From Pseudomonadota bacterium (lineage in GTDB: Bacteria > Desulfobacterota > Desulfobulbia > Desulfobulbales > DAOVYS01), in the NCBI GenBank assembly GCA_030635485.1, contig DAOVYS010000002.1, positions 1-39,597 of the forward strand: a DNA stretch of 39,597 nucleotides, in the 5' to 3' direction. This document shows positions 18,631-30,766 of this stretch, piece by piece (position 1 is the first letter of the stretch; every line of letters begins with the position of its first letter). Made by a program: the position numbers and the translations under genes. The notes beneath the pieces were generated by a model. That model was not told the DNA's origin and did not search any database. It saw only the letters and a list, made by a program, of their open reading frames with translations.

Positions 18631-19452
18631 TTACGACCTTTTCTTAACAATATATTTATCAGAAGTCTTTCTACGTCTCGTCTTAAAGCCCTTGGAGGGA
18701 ATACCCCACGGTGAACATGGATGTCGGCCACCGGAGCTCTTGCCCTCGCCCCCGCCCATGGGATGATCATGAGGATTCATAGCCACACCTCGCACCTTGG
18801 GACGATGACCTTGCCAGCGACTCCGCCCGGCCTTGCCGACCTTCTGACTCTCATACTCAATGTTGCCGACCTGACCAATGCACGCTCTGCACTTTCTATG
18901 GAATCTCCGAACCTCCCCGGAAGGCAGCTTGACCAGTACATAATCACCCTCTTTAGCCATCAACTGAGCCGCGCCGCCGGCACTTCTAACCATCTGAGCG
19001 CCCTTGCCGATACGCATCTCGATATTGTGTATGATGCTACCGAGCGGCATATTACCCATGGGCAGACAGTTACCCGGTTTGATATCCACAGTGTCACCGG
19101 CCTCAACTACATCTCCAACCTTCACACCTGCAGGCGAGATGATATAACGTTTTTCGCCATCTTTATAAAAGAGAAGAGCAATATTAGCCGACCTGTTGGG
19201 ATCATATTCAAGGGATGCAACCCTTGCCGGAATATCGGCCTTATCTCTCTTAAAGTCAATTATCCGGTATTTCCTTTTATGCCCTCCGCCAATATGTCTG
19301 GCAGTGATCCTTCCATTGTTATTCCGGCCGCCGGACTTTTTCAGCGGCCGCACAAGGCTCTTCTCAGGCCTTTTTTTAGATAGCTCAGGGTTGACGATTG
19401 AAACGTAATTTCGTCTGCCTGGTGATGTCGGTTTATAGGTCTTAATTGCCAT
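18631..19452 (-). CDS. rplB: 50S ribosomal protein L2 (uL2)
   Basis: [19 protein letters not shown]...[15 protein letters not shown]... is a canonical L2. Confidence 0.96.
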   Translation of the reverse strand: MAIKTYKPTSPGRRNYVSIVNPELSKKRPEKSLVRPLKKSGGRNNNGRITARHIGGGHKRKYRIIDFKRDKADIPARVASLEYDPNRSANIALLFYKDGEKRYIISPAGVKVGDVVEAGDTVDIKPGNCLPMGNMPLGSIIHNIEMRIGKGAQMVRSAGGAAQLMAKEGDYVLVKLPSGEVRRFHRKCRACIGQVGNIEYESQKVGKAGRSRWQGHRPKVRGVAMNPHDHPMGGGEGKSSGGRHPCSPWGIPSKGFKTRRRKTSDKYIVKKRS

Positions 19453-19570
19453 TTAGAACCCCGATTCTTTTACAGTTCAAAAAATATCAATTATCCGACT
19501 GCTTCCACTGGTTATGCGTTATTTCACAGCCGTTAACTACGCAGTCACAATAAAAAACTTTAGTAGAAAC

Positions 19571-19861
19571 TTACAAATTTTCACGGAAGTCTATCTTATG
19601 CCCTTCTTCAAGGGTCACAACAGCCTTCTTCCAATTCGATGTGTATCCAATATGCTTTCCGACTCTCTTCTTCTTACCGTGCATATTCGCTGTACGAACT
19701 TTAGCGACCTTCACGTTGAAAAGCTTTTCCAGGGCATCCTTGATCTCGATCTTGTTGGCCCGAGGGTCAACCTTGATCACAATCTGATTGTGATCTTCCT
19801 GAAGAATAGACCCCTTCTCCGTAAGGCACGGCTTCTTAATTACTGAAAACACGTCATTCAT
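19571..19861 (-). CDS. rplW: 50S ribosomal protein L23 (uL23)
   Basis: The 96-aa ORF (…VIKKPCLTEKGSILQEDHNQIVIKVDPRANKIEIKDALEKLFNVKV…) is L23-like. Its ATG overlaps the rplD stop (ATGA). Confidence 0.93.
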   Translation of the reverse strand: MNDVFSVIKKPCLTEKGSILQEDHNQIVIKVDPRANKIEIKDALEKLFNVKVAKVRTANMHGKKKRVGKHIGYTSNWKKAVVTLEEGHKIDFRENL

Positions 19862-20481
19862 GACAACAACCTCTCTTCCAGTTGGCTGATGCAGGACTGA
19901 ACCAGGATGATATGTTCGTAAAGCAAGATATCATAGACATTGAGGCCGTTACTCGAAAGCACCTTAAACCCGGGCACGTTTCTTGAAGACCTCTCAAGCT
20001 GTTCATTCTGAGCCGATGTTACAATAAGTCCGTTCGTGACACCAAGGACTCCCATGATATCTACAAAGGTTCTGGTCTTAATCTCGTCAATCTTAAAATC
20101 ATCCAAGACCGTCAACAAACCCTCCTCAAAACGGGAACTGAGGGCCATACGCAGACCAAGCTTCCTCACCTTTTTAGGCAGCTTGTACGCATAGCTTCTC
20201 GGCTTCGGACCGAATACGGTCCCGCCTCCACGCCACAATGGAGAACGCCTGTGTCCCGCCCTTGCCCGGCCTGTACCCTTCTGCCTCCAAGGCTTAGCAT
20301 TTGATCCCCTGACTTCCGACCTGGTCTTTGTACTGGCAGTCCCAGCCCTGCGGTTTGCCAACTGCATTCGTACAATGTCATGGAGGATATGAGAATTTAT
20401 CGTCTCGCCAAACAGGGAGTCGTTCAACTCAATCTCTCCAATTTTTTCTTTTTTAATATTGTATAACTCTGTCACTGCCAT
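19858..20481 (-). CDS. rplD: 50S ribosomal protein L4 (uL4)
   Basis: The ORF track gives 19858..20508. I start at ATG 20481 (MAVTELYNIKKEKIGEIELNDSLFGE...), which is preceded by a GGGGGA SD. Confidence 0.93.
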   Translation of the reverse strand: MAVTELYNIKKEKIGEIELNDSLFGETINSHILHDIVRMQLANRRAGTASTKTRSEVRGSNAKPWRQKGTGRARAGHRRSPLWRGGGTVFGPKPRSYAYKLPKKVRKLGLRMALSSRFEEGLLTVLDDFKIDEIKTRTFVDIMGVLGVTNGLIVTSAQNEQLERSSRNVPGFKVLSSNGLNVYDILLYEHIILVQSCISQLEERLLS

Positions 20482-20533
20482 CTTCAGGTCCCCCAAGACA
20501 AGCATCAAAAAAATAATTCTATCATAGAAAAAA

Positions 20534-21163
20534 CTACTTGGCGTAGATCCGCAGTATGCCCTTCTTTGCTCCCGGCAAACCGCCTTTCACCACCAAGGCG
20601 TTGTCCTCATCACGAATGTCTACAATAATGACATTCTTTTTGGTGACCTGTTTGTTTCCCATTTGGCCCGGCATTTTTTTACCCTTGACCACTCTGGACG
20701 GCCATGCACTGCAACCAATGGAACCTGGAGCCCTGTGAAACATGGAACCATGAGTCCTACATCCACCCTTGAATCCATAGCGTTTAACAACACCCTGAAA
20801 GCCACGCCCTTTGGTGATCCCGCTTATGTCCACAACATCACCGGTCTTAAAAAAGTCGCTGATCTTGATCTCCTGTCCCACTTCGAACCGATCCGGATCA
20901 TCAACCTTAAATTCCTTGATGTGATAAAATCCACCTTTGCCTGCAGCCGCGACATGTCCTGCCATAGGTTTGTTCAGACGCGATTCCTTCTTCTTGCCAA
21001 AACCAAGCTGAATCGCGTTGTATCCATCCTTATCAACAGATTTTTTCTGAAGAACCACACACGGACCGGCCTCAATAACCGTTACTCCAATGGACGTTCC
21101 GTCCTCTGAATAGATCCGGGTCATCCCAACCTTTTCCCCCAGTAATCCAATCGTGCTAGCCAT
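20534..21163 (-). CDS. rplC: 50S ribosomal protein L3 (uL3)
   Basis: MASTIGLLGEKVGMTRIYSEDG... is a canonical L3. Confidence 0.95.
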   Translation of the reverse strand: MASTIGLLGEKVGMTRIYSEDGTSIGVTVIEAGPCVVLQKKSVDKDGYNAIQLGFGKKKESRLNKPMAGHVAAAGKGGFYHIKEFKVDDPDRFEVGQEIKISDFFKTGDVVDISGITKGRGFQGVVKRYGFKGGCRTHGSMFHRAPGSIGCSAWPSRVVKGKKMPGQMGNKQVTKKNVIIVDIRDEDNALVVKGGLPGAKKGILRIYAK

Positions 21164-21371
21164 TTTTCTTACCTGTATCGCTGATAATGAAATATAAAAG
21201 TATCGTAAAAGGTTGTTACCTGAATTATCACCAACAATGATATCATCAAATTGCCAAAGGGTGACACGTCGGCATGTGCTTTTTTATAAGACCGCCAATT
21301 ATTGTGGTCGCACCGCAAGCCGATTCTCAAAAGTTATATCGGCTGGCGCACACATCCGCCCGCAACCCCTT

Positions 21372-21683
21372 TTACAGCTTGATCTCCACATCCACGCCTG
21401 CGGAAAGCTCCAGCTTCATCAGGGCATCGATAGTCTGCTGTGTGGGTTCCAGGATATCCAGTAAACGCCGGTGCGTCCGCATCTCAAACTGCTCTCTGGA
21501 TTTTTTATCCACATGCGGCGACCGAAGCACACAATACTTGTTTATTGATGTCGGCAGCGGAATCGGCCCTGCCACTGTCGCCCCGGTACGCCTAGCCGTT
21601 TCGACTATCTCACTGGTCGACTGGTCCAGAAGATTGTGGTCATACCCTTTCAGCCTGATACGAATTTTCTGTGTCTGTATCAC
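21372..21683 (-). CDS. rpsJ: 30S ribosomal protein S10 (uS10)
   Basis: [35 protein letters not shown]... is a canonical S10. It starts 12 nt after the tuf stop. Confidence 0.96.
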   Translation of the reverse strand: MIQTQKIRIRLKGYDHNLLDQSTSEIVETARRTGATVAGPIPLPTSINKYCVLRSPHVDKKSREQFEMRTHRRLLDILEPTQQTIDALMKLELSAGVDVEIKL

Positions 21684-21695
21684 GAAAACTTCACC

Positions 21696-22886
21696 TTATT
21701 CAATAATTTCGTTGATCACGCCGGCGCCTACCGTACGTCCGCCTTCGCGTATTGCAAAACGAAGTTCCTTCTCCATGGCAATCGGGGTGATCAACACGCC
21801 TTCTACGGTCACGTTGTCGCCCGGCATTACCATCTCTACCCCCTCGGGAAGCGTTACCACGCCCGTAACGTCTGTTGTACGGAAATAGAACTGAGGACGA
21901 TACCCGTTAAAAAACGGAGTGTGACGTCCACCTTCCTTCTGGGTCAGAATATAGCACTCCGCCTTGAACTTCGTATGTGGTGTAATGCTTCCAGGCTTTG
22001 CCAGCACCTGACCGCGCTCTACCTCTTCACGCTTGACACCGCGAAGAAGAAGTCCAACATTGTCACCTGCCTCGCCATGATCAAGAATCTTACGGAACAT
22101 CTCTACACCGGTTACCGTCGTCTTCTCCGTATCCTTGATCCCTACGATCTCAACCTCTTCGCCTACCTTTATCAATCCACGCTCTATCCTGCCCGTTGCA
22201 ACCGTGCCGCGCCCCGAAATGGAAAAAACGTCCTCAACAGGCATCAAAAACGGCTTTTCAATATCACGCTTAGGCTGAGGAATAAAAGAGTCCACCGCAT
22301 CCATCAACTCAAAGATGCACTTGGTTGCCTCCTCATCTTCCGGATTCTCAAGAGCCTTTAACGCGCTTCCCGGAATGATCGGAGTGTCGTCGCCCGGGAA
22401 ATCATATGCGCTCAAAAGTTCCCGAAGCTCCATGTCCACAAGCTCGATAAGCTCTTCGTCGTCAACCATGTCGCACTTGTTCAAAAATACGACTATTGCC
22501 GGAACTCCTACCTGACGGGCCAAAAGGATATGCTCACGGGTCTGCGGCATGGCGCCGTCATCCGCGCCGACAACCAAAATCGCGCCGTCCATCTGCGCAG
22601 CGCCGGTGATCATGTTCTTTATATAGTCAGCATGACCGGGACAATCCACATGCGCATAATGACGATTATCAGTCTCATATTCCACATGCGCTGTTGCAAT
22701 CGTAATTCCACGCTCCTTCTCTTCAGGCGCCTTGTCAATGTCATCAAACGCCGTAAACTCCGCCAACCCCTTAAAAGAAAGCACTCGCGTTATTGCAGAG
22801 GTCAATGTGGTCTTACCATGGTCGATATGACCGATAGTCCCAATATTCACATGCGGTTTTGTTCGTTTAAATTTCTCCTTTGCCAT
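21696..22886 (-). CDS. tuf: Elongation factor Tu (full-length copy)
   Basis: [29 protein letters not shown]... The ORF is 396 aa. Confidence 0.98.
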   Translation of the reverse strand: MAKEKFKRTKPHVNIGTIGHIDHGKTTLTSAITRVLSFKGLAEFTAFDDIDKAPEEKERGITIATAHVEYETDNRHYAHVDCPGHADYIKNMITGAAQMDGAILVVGADDGAMPQTREHILLARQVGVPAIVVFLNKCDMVDDEELIELVDMELRELLSAYDFPGDDTPIIPGSALKALENPEDEEATKCIFELMDAVDSFIPQPKRDIEKPFLMPVEDVFSISGRGTVATGRIERGLIKVGEEVEIVGIKDTEKTTVTGVEMFRKILDHGEAGDNVGLLLRGVKREEVERGQVLAKPGSITPHTKFKAECYILTQKEGGRHTPFFNGYRPQFYFRTTDVTGVVTLPEGVEMVMPGDNVTVEGVLITPIAMEKELRFAIREGGRTVGAGVINEIIE

Positions 22887-22925
22887 GCCAGTTCTCCTCG
22901 CTTGTATGATTTCAACAGAGTCGAT

Positions 22926-25010
22926 TTAAATAAACCCTCTAACTTTTTTTATTATCCGTTCGGCAATATTTTTCGGCACCTTGTCATAACAGTCGAATTG
23001 CATGGTAAAAATTGCTCTCCCCTGTGTGCCGGAACGAAGATCTGTTGAATAACCGAACATCTCAGCGAGCGGCACGCGGGCCCTTACGACCTGATGACCG
23101 CTCTCACGGCCTTCCATCCCCAGGATCCGTGCACGTTTGCTGTTTAGATCCGAAATAACATCCCCCAGGTAGGCCTCGGGCAGGACGACCTCAATCTCCA
23201 TAATCGGCTCAAGAAGAACAGGCCGTGCCTCTAATGCTCCCTTCCTGAATGACATGGCGGCGGCCACACCGAATGCCTGCTCAGTGGAATCCTCCTGATG
23301 ATAGGAGCCATCTACCAGGCTAACCTTGACGTCCACTACCGGAAACCCTAAAAGTGGGCCGGAATCAAGGCTGGCCTCTACCGCCTTCTTAGCCGCTGCT
23401 ATAAATTCCGCCGGGACGACCTCTTCATCCACACAATTCTCAAATTCAAATCCAGCCCCCCTTGCCAGGGGCTGAAACTCCAGCCACACATGGCCGTATT
23501 GACCTTTCCCCCCGGCATGCTGATCAAACTTGCCCTCAGCCCTTGCGGTTCCCTCAAGAGTTTCCTTGTATGCGACCTGGGGCTTTCCGACATTGACCCC
23601 CACCTTGAACTCACGGGCCAGCCGATCCGTGATAATCTCAAGATGAAGCTCGCCCATACCGGAGATTAAAATCTGGCCGGTATCAGGATCAGTCGTGGTC
23701 TTAAATGACGGGTCTTCTAATCCGATCTTTTCAAGGCTTACGCGCAGTTTCTCTTCATCAGCCACCCCTTTAGGCTCAATCGCCGTACTGATGACAGGCT
23801 CCGGAAAATCCATGGCATCAAGCCGGAGGGTATCGCCTGTCTGACACAACGTGTCCCCTGTGGTGGTAAATTTCAGTCCTACAACTGCTGCAATATCGCC
23901 CGGACCGACCTGCTGCACCTCTTCACGCTTATTGGCGTGCATTCGTACAATTCGGGCTATCTTTTCTTTTTTTCGCTTTAAGGGGTTATATATCTTGTCC
24001 CCGGCCTTCAATACACCTGAATAAACACGAAGATAAGCGAGATTACCCACAAAAGGGTCGGAAGTCAACTTGAACACCAGGGCGCAGAGCTTTTCCTTCT
24101 CTCCCGTCTCTCTGACCTCAATTTCACCCTCTCTGTTTATTCCCTCTATAGCCGGAACATCCATGGGAGAAGGCAGATAAGAAATCACACCATCCAAAAG
24201 CGGCTGAACACCTTTATTCTTAAACGCGCTGCCGCATAAAACCGGCACCAATTCCAGACGTAAGGTTGCGTTCCTGATCGCCTGAATTATCTCGGAGGCA
24301 GATATAGGTTGCTCTTCCAGATACTTTTCCATGACCCCTTCATCGAAGTCGGCCAACTTCTCGATAAGGGCCATTCGTGCGGCCGTGACTTGATCTATGA
24401 ATTCGGCTGGAATCGACTTTTCAATTACAATAGAGCCTTGGGTCTCCTCGTCAAAAACCAACATTTTCTCTAAAATGAGGTCTATGACTCCCTGGAACTG
24501 ATCCTCGCTTCCAACCGGTATCTGGACGGGAAGGGGATTGGCTCCCAAGCGGTCAACCATCATGCCGACAACGCGTTCGAAGTCCGCGCCGATCCGGTCC
24601 ATTTTATTTATAAAAGCAATCCGGGGGATCGAATAATGTTCGGCCTGATGCCAAACCGTCTCAGATTGGGGTTCAACTCCCCCAACCGCGCAAAAAATTG
24701 CGATTACACCATCCAACACCCTCAAGCACCGCTCGACCTCTATGGTAAAGTCAACATGCCCCGGAGTGTCGATTATATTTATCTTATAATCTTTCCAGGT
24801 GCAGGTGGTGGCTGCCGAGGTTATCGTAATGCCCCGCTCCTGCTCCTGCTCCATCCAATCCATGACGGCCGTACCGTCATGGACCTCACCGAGCTTATGA
24901 GATCGGCCGGTGTAATATAAAATTCGCTCAGTAGTAGTAGTCTTGCCCGCATCGATGTGGGCCATTATGCCGATATTGCGTACTCTCGCAATTGAGACGT
25001 TGGGTGCCAC
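22926..25010 (-). CDS. fusA: Elongation factor G
   Basis: The start is GTG. (M)[34 protein letters not shown]... The ORF is 694 aa. Confidence 0.97.
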   Translation of the reverse strand: MAPNVSIARVRNIGIMAHIDAGKTTTTERILYYTGRSHKLGEVHDGTAVMDWMEQEQERGITITSAATTCTWKDYKINIIDTPGHVDFTIEVERCLRVLDGVIAIFCAVGGVEPQSETVWHQAEHYSIPRIAFINKMDRIGADFERVVGMMVDRLGANPLPVQIPVGSEDQFQGVIDLILEKMLVFDEETQGSIVIEKSIPAEFIDQVTAARMALIEKLADFDEGVMEKYLEEQPISASEIIQAIRNATLRLELVPVLCGSAFKNKGVQPLLDGVISYLPSPMDVPAIEGINREGEIEVRETGEKEKLCALVFKLTSDPFVGNLAYLRVYSGVLKAGDKIYNPLKRKKEKIARIVRMHANKREEVQQVGPGDIAAVVGLKFTTTGDTLCQTGDTLRLDAMDFPEPVISTAIEPKGVADEEKLRVSLEKIGLEDPSFKTTTDPDTGQILISGMGELHLEIITDRLAREFKVGVNVGKPQVAYKETLEGTARAEGKFDQHAGGKGQYGHVWLEFQPLARGAGFEFENCVDEEVVPAEFIAAAKKAVEASLDSGPLLGFPVVDVKVSLVDGSYHQEDSTEQAFGVAAAMSFRKGALEARPVLLEPIMEIEVVLPEAYLGDVISDLNSKRARILGMEGRESGHQVVRARVPLAEMFGYSTDLRSGTQGRAIFTMQFDCYDKVPKNIAERIIKKVRGFI

Positions 25011-25267
25011 GATTGATTATTTTCCTCAACCCCTCTGCTGCTTTCACCAAGCAATTTCTCCTGACAACCCGTAAGAGCCTGAAAGATGGACTCTCAGACT
25101 CGCTTCCCCCCAGAAAAGCACTGCCTGATCACCGTTTCCGTCAGATGGTCAGGCAGACTACACTCTCTTCGCAGATTTTGCCCAGCAAATCTCGTATATT
25201 ACCCTATAACAGCTTTCCTGTCAACGAAGGAAAAAATTTACCTGAGTTCACAAGAAACAGACGCCTC

Positions 25268-25741
25268 TTACCACCGATAATGGGCAAAGGCTTTGTTGGC
25301 TTCGGCCATCCTGTGCGTATCCTCACGCTTCTTCACGGACGTACCGCGATTGTTGTACGCATCCTGCAACTCGGCTGCAAGCTTTTCAGCCATAAATTTC
25401 CCCGAACGTTTCTGAGAAAAACCGATGATCCACCTGATTGCCAGAGCATTACGCCTTTCAGGCCTGACTTCCACCGGAACCTGATATGTGGCGCCGCCGA
25501 CACGCCTGGATTTTACTTCCACGCGGGGCCTGACTCTGTCCATGGCCTTCTCAAAAACCGTAATCGGGTCTTCTTCGGAAACTCTTTTTTCCAAGATATC
25601 CATTGCATCGTAAAAAATCCGCCTGGCAACACTCTTCTTGCCCTTCAACATAATCCCGTTGATAAACTTTGAGACCAACAGGCTGTTGTAACGCGAATCC
25701 GGAACCCCCGGTCTCTTTGCAATCAGTTTACGTCTCGGCAT
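25268..25741 (-). CDS. rpsG: 30S ribosomal protein S7 (uS7)
   Basis: [29 protein letters not shown]... is a canonical S7. Confidence 0.96.
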   Translation of the reverse strand: MPRRKLIAKRPGVPDSRYNSLLVSKFINGIMLKGKKSVARRIFYDAMDILEKRVSEEDPITVFEKAMDRVRPRVEVKSRRVGGATYQVPVEVRPERRNALAIRWIIGFSQKRSGKFMAEKLAAELQDAYNNRGTSVKKREDTHRMAEANKAFAHYRW

Positions 25742-25852
25742 ACGTTCAACTCCTATTCACAATAAAGGAGCCCTCTATTAGAACATTAACCATCCTGAAC
25801 CCCAACCAGCGGGCAGGCCTCTGTTCTTGGACCCCTAATATATCCGGCTCAA

Positions 25853-26224
25853 TTATTTAGGCCGTTTTGCTCCGTACTTGGAACGTCCCTGTCTACGATC
25901 ACTCACACCCAGCGCATCCAGCGTACCACGGACTACATGATATCGCACACCCGGGAGGTCCTTTACCCTCCCCCCCCTGATAAGCACTACTGAATGTTCC
26001 TGAAGGTTGTGTCCAATGCCGGGAATGTAAGATGTCACCTCTATCCCGTTTGTAAGCCGGACCCTGGCGACCTTACGCAAGGCGGAATTCGGCTTTTTCG
26101 GGGTAGTGGTATAAACACGAACACACACACCTCTTTTCTGAGGCGACCCTTTCAAAGCAGGCGTGTTGGTCCTGCTCAAAATCTTCTTGCGTCCGTGTCT
26201 CACGAGTTGATTAATGGTTGGCAT
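25853..26224 (-). CDS. rpsL: 30S ribosomal protein S12 (uS12)
   Basis: [14 protein letters not shown]...[16 protein letters not shown]... is a canonical S12. Confidence 0.97.
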   Translation of the reverse strand: MPTINQLVRHGRKKILSRTNTPALKGSPQKRGVCVRVYTTTPKKPNSALRKVARVRLTNGIEVTSYIPGIGHNLQEHSVVLIRGGRVKDLPGVRYHVVRGTLDALGVSDRRQGRSKYGAKRPK

Positions 26225-26308
26225 AAATCAAAACTCCAATCAATTTCTTTTTAACAATCTAAATACAGCCTCCCAAATTCAGCTGTATTAATTAATGGGA
26301 AACAGGGA

Positions 26309-26337
26309 TTAATAATAGAACCTGCCTCACTTGTCAA
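26309..26337 (-). promoter_or_regulatory. Candidate sigma70-type promoter for rpsL-rpsG-fusA-tuf
   Basis: On the minus strand: TTGACA (plus-strand 26332-26337), a 17-nt spacer, then TATTAA (plus-strand 26309-26314). It lies about 85 nt upstream of the rpsL start. This is a sequence match only. Confidence 0.4.
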
Positions 26338-26392
26338 GGACAATTTAAAATCCCTTGTCTAATATTTCCCCTATCTCTCCCAATAATCAAAT

Positions 26393-29300
26393 TTATGTAA
26401 GTTCTCCGTCCACTGAATAACGTTCAAGACCTGTACCGGCTGGAACCAGGCGACCCATGATCACGTTTTCCTTAAGTCCGACAAGATGGTCTACGCGTCC
26501 TGCCATGGCGGCGTTTGTGAGGACCTTTGTGGTCTCTTGAAAAGATGCTGCCGAAATAAAGCTGTCCGTACTCAAGGATGCCTTTGTAACTCCAAGAAGA
26601 AGCGGTTCGGCCACCGCAGGCTTGCCACCTGTTTTTGAAATCTTTTCATTCTCCTCGACAAACCTCCACCACTCGACCTGCTCACCCAACATGAACGTAC
26701 TGTCACCAACATGCGTAATCAGGACCCGACGCAACATCTGGCGGACAATCACTTCGATATGCTTATCATTTATCTTAACACCCTGTAGACGGTAAACTTC
26801 CTGTATCTCATTGACAAGGAACTTGGCCAGCTCCTTGACTCCTTTAACACGCAGAATGTCATTGGGGTTGGGCGACCCATCCATGAGCGATTCACCGGCC
26901 CTCACATGATCCCCCTCGTGGACGGCGATATGTTTGCCCTTGGGAATCAGGTATTCCTTGGGCTCACCTAAGTCAGGCGTGACCACCACCCTCTTCTTGC
27001 CCTTGAGATCCTTGCCAAAGCTCACCCGGCCATCAATCTCCGTAATGACTGCATATTCCTTGGGCTTACGAACCTCGAACAATTCGGCAACACGCGGCAG
27101 ACCACCTGTAATATCCTTGGTTTTGGTAGTCTCTCTCGGAATCTTACCCACTACCGTGCCAGGCTCAATCGAATCGCCTTCCTTAACGGTTATGATCGTC
27201 CCCACAGCCAGTGAATAGCGGGCAATGGCTCCCGAGGGAAGCTTCGCGCTACGCCCCCTGGCATCCTTGATCGTGATCCTCGGATTCATCTGTGTCGCCC
27301 TTGATTGGACGACCACGTAACTGGACTTGCCGGTTACCTCGTCCACGCGCTCCTGCATGGTTGAGCCTTCAACGATATCACCAAACTTAACCGTACCCCC
27401 GATTTCACTCACAATGGGAATCGTATATGGATCCCAGTCTGCAATGAGGGTGCCGGACTCGACTTTGGCACCTTCCTTCACCAGCATCTGAGCGCCGTAA
27501 TTCACGGGATAGCGTTCACGTTCCCTGTCCTGCTGTCCCCTGATGCTGACCTCTCCATTCCTGTTCATGACCACCATCCTTCCTTCGGAACTGGTCACTA
27601 CATGAAGATTCTCATATTTAACAACCCCTTCGTGCCTGCTACGAATTTCCGCCTGTTCAGCGGTCCGGCTGGCTGTCCCACCTATATGAAATGTCCGCAT
27701 AGTCAGCTGGGTTCCAGGCTCACCGATCGACTGAGCGGCAATTATACCAACCGCCTCACCTTTATTGACCAGATGCCCTCTTCCAAGGTCACGGCCATAA
27801 CACATTGTGCACACGCCGCGTTTTGATCTGCATGTCAAGACCGAACGAATAAGGACCCGGTCCATCCCCGCATCCTCTATCAACTTGACTCTATCCTCCG
27901 TAATCTGCTCGTTTGCGGGCACCAGGACATCGCCTGTAAAAGGATCTTCAATATCTTCTAAAGCCACGCGACCCAGAATACGATCACCGACCTGCTGAAT
28001 CACCTCGCCTCCCTCCATAAGAGGTTCCATCAGAATACCGTCCATTGTGCCGCAGTCGTACTCAACAATGGTTGAATCCTGAGAAACGTCCACAAGACGC
28101 CTTGTGAGATAGCCTGAATTTGCTGTTTTAAGCGCTGTATCAGCAAGACCTTTTCGGGCGCCGTGGGTTGAAATAAAATATTCCAGGACGCTTAAGCCTT
28201 CACGGAAATTTGCCTTGATCGGCGACTCGATAATCGCGCCTGACGGTTTGGCCATCAGTCCACGCATGCCGGCCAGCTGCCTGATCTGATCCTTACTGCC
28301 CCTCGCGCCTGAATCGGCCATGACAAAAATGGGGTTGAAACTAGGAGATTCCACGAGATTTCCTTCCTTGTCTCTTATGTACTCGACACTCATCTCCTGC
28401 ATCATTTCCTTGGCAACCTCGTCGGTCGACCTGGACCAGATATCAACCACCTTATTGTATTTCTCACCTGACGTGATAAGACCGTTTCTGTACTGCTCCT
28501 CAACGTCCAGGACCTCGCTTTCCGACCGGCTGATGATCTGCTCCTTCTGGGTTGGAATCAGCATATCACTTATGGAAATGGAGATGGCCGCCCTAGTGGC
28601 ATACTCATACCCCATATCTTTCAACCGATCGGCCAGGATTACGGTATTCTTGGCCCCGGCGTGACGATAAGAATAGTCAATCAGCTTGGCCAGCTCCTTC
28701 TTGGTCATCACCCTGTTAACAAAGCTGAACGGTATGGCATCCGGCAGCAACTCTCCCACCAGGACCCGGCCAACCGTGGTATCAATGATCTCGCCGCCCG
28801 TCCTGACCTTTATCTTTGCCTGCAGGTGTATTTCATCATACGCATACGCAATCCAAACTTCGTCCGGAGAACTGAAGCATCTACCCTCACCCATGGCATT
28901 AATCCGTTCTCTCGTCATGTAGTAGAGACCGAGCACTATATCCTGACTCGGAATAATAATCGGTTCACCATGGGCTGGAGAAAGGATGTTGTTTGTGGAC
29001 ATCATCAACACCCTGGCCTCCATCTGGGCCTCCACGCTCAAAGGAATGTGGACCGCCATCTGGTCTCCGTCAAAGTCGGCGTTAAAGGCCGTACACACCA
29101 GCGGATGAAGCTGAATAGCCTTGCCCTCGATAAGCACCGCCTCAAAGGCCTGCATTCCGAGACGATGAAGAGTCGGCGCACGATTCAGGATTACCGGGTA
29201 CTCTTTTACCACGTCTTCCAGAACGTCCCAGACCTCTTTGGTGCCCTTTTCCACCATCTTTCGCGCGCTCTTGATGGTCGTAACATACCCTAACAGCTCA

Positions 29301-30457
29301 AGTTTATTATAAATAAAAGGCTTAAAGAGTTCGAGCGCCATCTTCTTGGGCAATCCACATTGGTGAAGTCTGAGATGCGGTCCGACCACGATAACGGTCC
29401 TGCCTGAATAATCCACGCGCTTACCCAGAAGATTCTGCCGAAACCGGCCCTGTTTACCTTTGAGCATGTCGCTTAAGGACTTAAGAGGCCTCTTGTTGGG
29501 GCCGGTGATGACCTTTCCGCGGCGGCCGTTGTCAAACAGGACGTCCACAGCCTCCTGAAGCATCCTCTTTTCATTCCTGATAATGATCTGGGGAGCATCC
29601 AGCTCAAGAAGCCTTTTGAGGCGGTTATTCCGATTGATCACGCGCCTGTATAGATCATTCAGATCAGATGTGGCAAACCGACCGCCGTCAAGAGGAACCA
29701 GAGGTCTTAGATCAGGCGGCAGCACGGGAATAACCTCAAGGATCATCCATTCAGGACGATTTCCGGAATCATGGAAGGCCTCCACGACATTAAGCCGCTT
29801 GGCATACTTTTTACGCTTTGCCTCAGAACCGGTTGTGCGCATATCTGCCCTTAATTCAACAGACAAAGAGGCCAAATCCAACTCCTTAAGCATCCCTCTA
29901 ATCGCGGCAGCGCCGATACCTACGGAGAACTTACCGGCAAATTCCTCTTTCGCCTGACGGTACCCGTCTTCGCTTAAAAGCGTGCCCACGGGAAGAGCTG
30001 CCGTCTCATCAGACTTAACTACCACGTATGAGTCAAAATAGAGGACCCTTTCAAGCTCCTTCAGTGTCATGTCCAGTAGATTTCCGATCTTGCTCGGCAG
30101 GCTCTTTAAGAACCAGATATGGGCAACAGGCGCGGCCAGTTTGATGTGACCAAGCCGTTCACGCCTGACCTTTGACTGAATAACCTCAACACCGCACTTT
30201 TCGCATACAACCCCCCGGTGCTTCATGCGTTTATATTTACCGCAATTACACTCGTAATCCTTCACCGGTCCGAATATCTTGGCGCAGAAAAGGCCGTCTC
30301 TCTCCGGCTTGAAGGTACGGTAGTTAATGGTCTCCGGCTTCTTAACCTCACCGTGAGACCAATCGAAAATCTTTTCCGGAGATGCCAATGAGATACGTAC
30401 TGAATTGAATTTTATAGGCTTCTTGGCTTTGGCAAAAAAACTGAAAAGTTCTTCCAC
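26393..30457 (-). CDS. rpoC: DNA-directed RNA polymerase subunit beta'
   Basis: The start is GTG, preceded by a GGGGGA SD. (M)[29 protein letters not shown]... It has the [12 protein letters not shown] catalytic motif and is 1354 aa. Confidence 0.98.
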   Translation of the reverse strand: MEELFSFFAKAKKPIKFNSVRISLASPEKIFDWSHGEVKKPETINYRTFKPERDGLFCAKIFGPVKDYECNCGKYKRMKHRGVVCEKCGVEVIQSKVRRERLGHIKLAAPVAHIWFLKSLPSKIGNLLDMTLKELERVLYFDSYVVVKSDETAALPVGTLLSEDGYRQAKEEFAGKFSVGIGAAAIRGMLKELDLASLSVELRADMRTTGSEAKRKKYAKRLNVVEAFHDSGNRPEWMILEVIPVLPPDLRPLVPLDGGRFATSDLNDLYRRVINRNNRLKRLLELDAPQIIIRNEKRMLQEAVDVLFDNGRRGKVITGPNKRPLKSLSDMLKGKQGRFRQNLLGKRVDYSGRTVIVVGPHLRLHQCGLPKKMALELFKPFIYNKLELLGYVTTIKSARKMVEKGTKEVWDVLEDVVKEYPVILNRAPTLHRLGMQAFEAVLIEGKAIQLHPLVCTAFNADFDGDQMAVHIPLSVEAQMEARVLMMSTNNILSPAHGEPIIIPSQDIVLGLYYMTRERINAMGEGRCFSSPDEVWIAYAYDEIHLQAKIKVRTGGEIIDTTVGRVLVGELLPDAIPFSFVNRVMTKKELAKLIDYSYRHAGAKNTVILADRLKDMGYEYATRAAISISISDMLIPTQKEQIISRSESEVLDVEEQYRNGLITSGEKYNKVVDIWSRSTDEVAKEMMQEMSVEYIRDKEGNLVESPSFNPIFVMADSGARGSKDQIRQLAGMRGLMAKPSGAIIESPIKANFREGLSVLEYFISTHGARKGLADTALKTANSGYLTRRLVDVSQDSTIVEYDCGTMDGILMEPLMEGGEVIQQVGDRILGRVALEDIEDPFTGDVLVPANEQITEDRVKLIEDAGMDRVLIRSVLTCRSKRGVCTMCYGRDLGRGHLVNKGEAVGIIAAQSIGEPGTQLTMRTFHIGGTASRTAEQAEIRSRHEGVVKYENLHVVTSSEGRMVVMNRNGEVSIRGQQDRERERYPVNYGAQMLVKEGAKVESGTLIADWDPYTIPIVSEIGGTVKFGDIVEGSTMQERVDEVTGKSSYVVVQSRATQMNPRITIKDARGRSAKLPSGAIARYSLAVGTIITVKEGDSIEPGTVVGKIPRETTKTKDITGGLPRVAELFEVRKPKEYAVITEIDGRVSFGKDLKGKKRVVVTPDLGEPKEYLIPKGKHIAVHEGDHVRAGESLMDGSPNPNDILRVKGVKELAKFLVNEIQEVYRLQGVKINDKHIEVIVRQMLRRVLITHVGDSTFMLGEQVEWWRFVEENEKISKTGGKPAVAEPLLLGVTKASLSTDSFISAASFQETTKVLTNAAMAGRVDHLVGLKENVIMGRLVPAGTGLERYSVDGELT

Positions 30458-30520
30458 AGCTTCCCCCTAAAAATGCAGTTAACTACTGGTTAAATGCACT
30501 GATACTCTTGATATTTAATT

Positions 30521-30591
30521 CCAGGTTCCAGGTTCAAAGGTTAATCGAAATTTTTCCCTATTCAACCCTGAACTCTGAACATGGAACCTTT
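30521..30591. repeat. Long imperfect hairpin with local tandem heptamers in the rpoB-rpoC spacer
   Basis: Arms aggttccaggttca (30523-30536) / tgaacatggaacct (30576-30589) are complementary at 13/14, and aaggtt (30537-42) / aaccct (30565-70) extend the stem. Tandem heptamers are ccaggtt x2 (30521-30534) and ctgaac(t/a) x2 (30568-30581). Confidence 0.5.
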
Positions 30592-30700
30592 AACCGCATA
30601 TGGTCGAAAAATTGATTGATTCCCAATCATGATCAAGGCTGTTCAGAAATAACCGATCACGGGGCAGCAAAAGCCCTTCCGGATCATAAACCCTTTGCCC

Positions 30701-30766
30701 TGTAAGCGTTCACAGGTGCTATAGCTGATTGCCCTGATCACGCACAGCTACAGCGCCTGTGAACGC

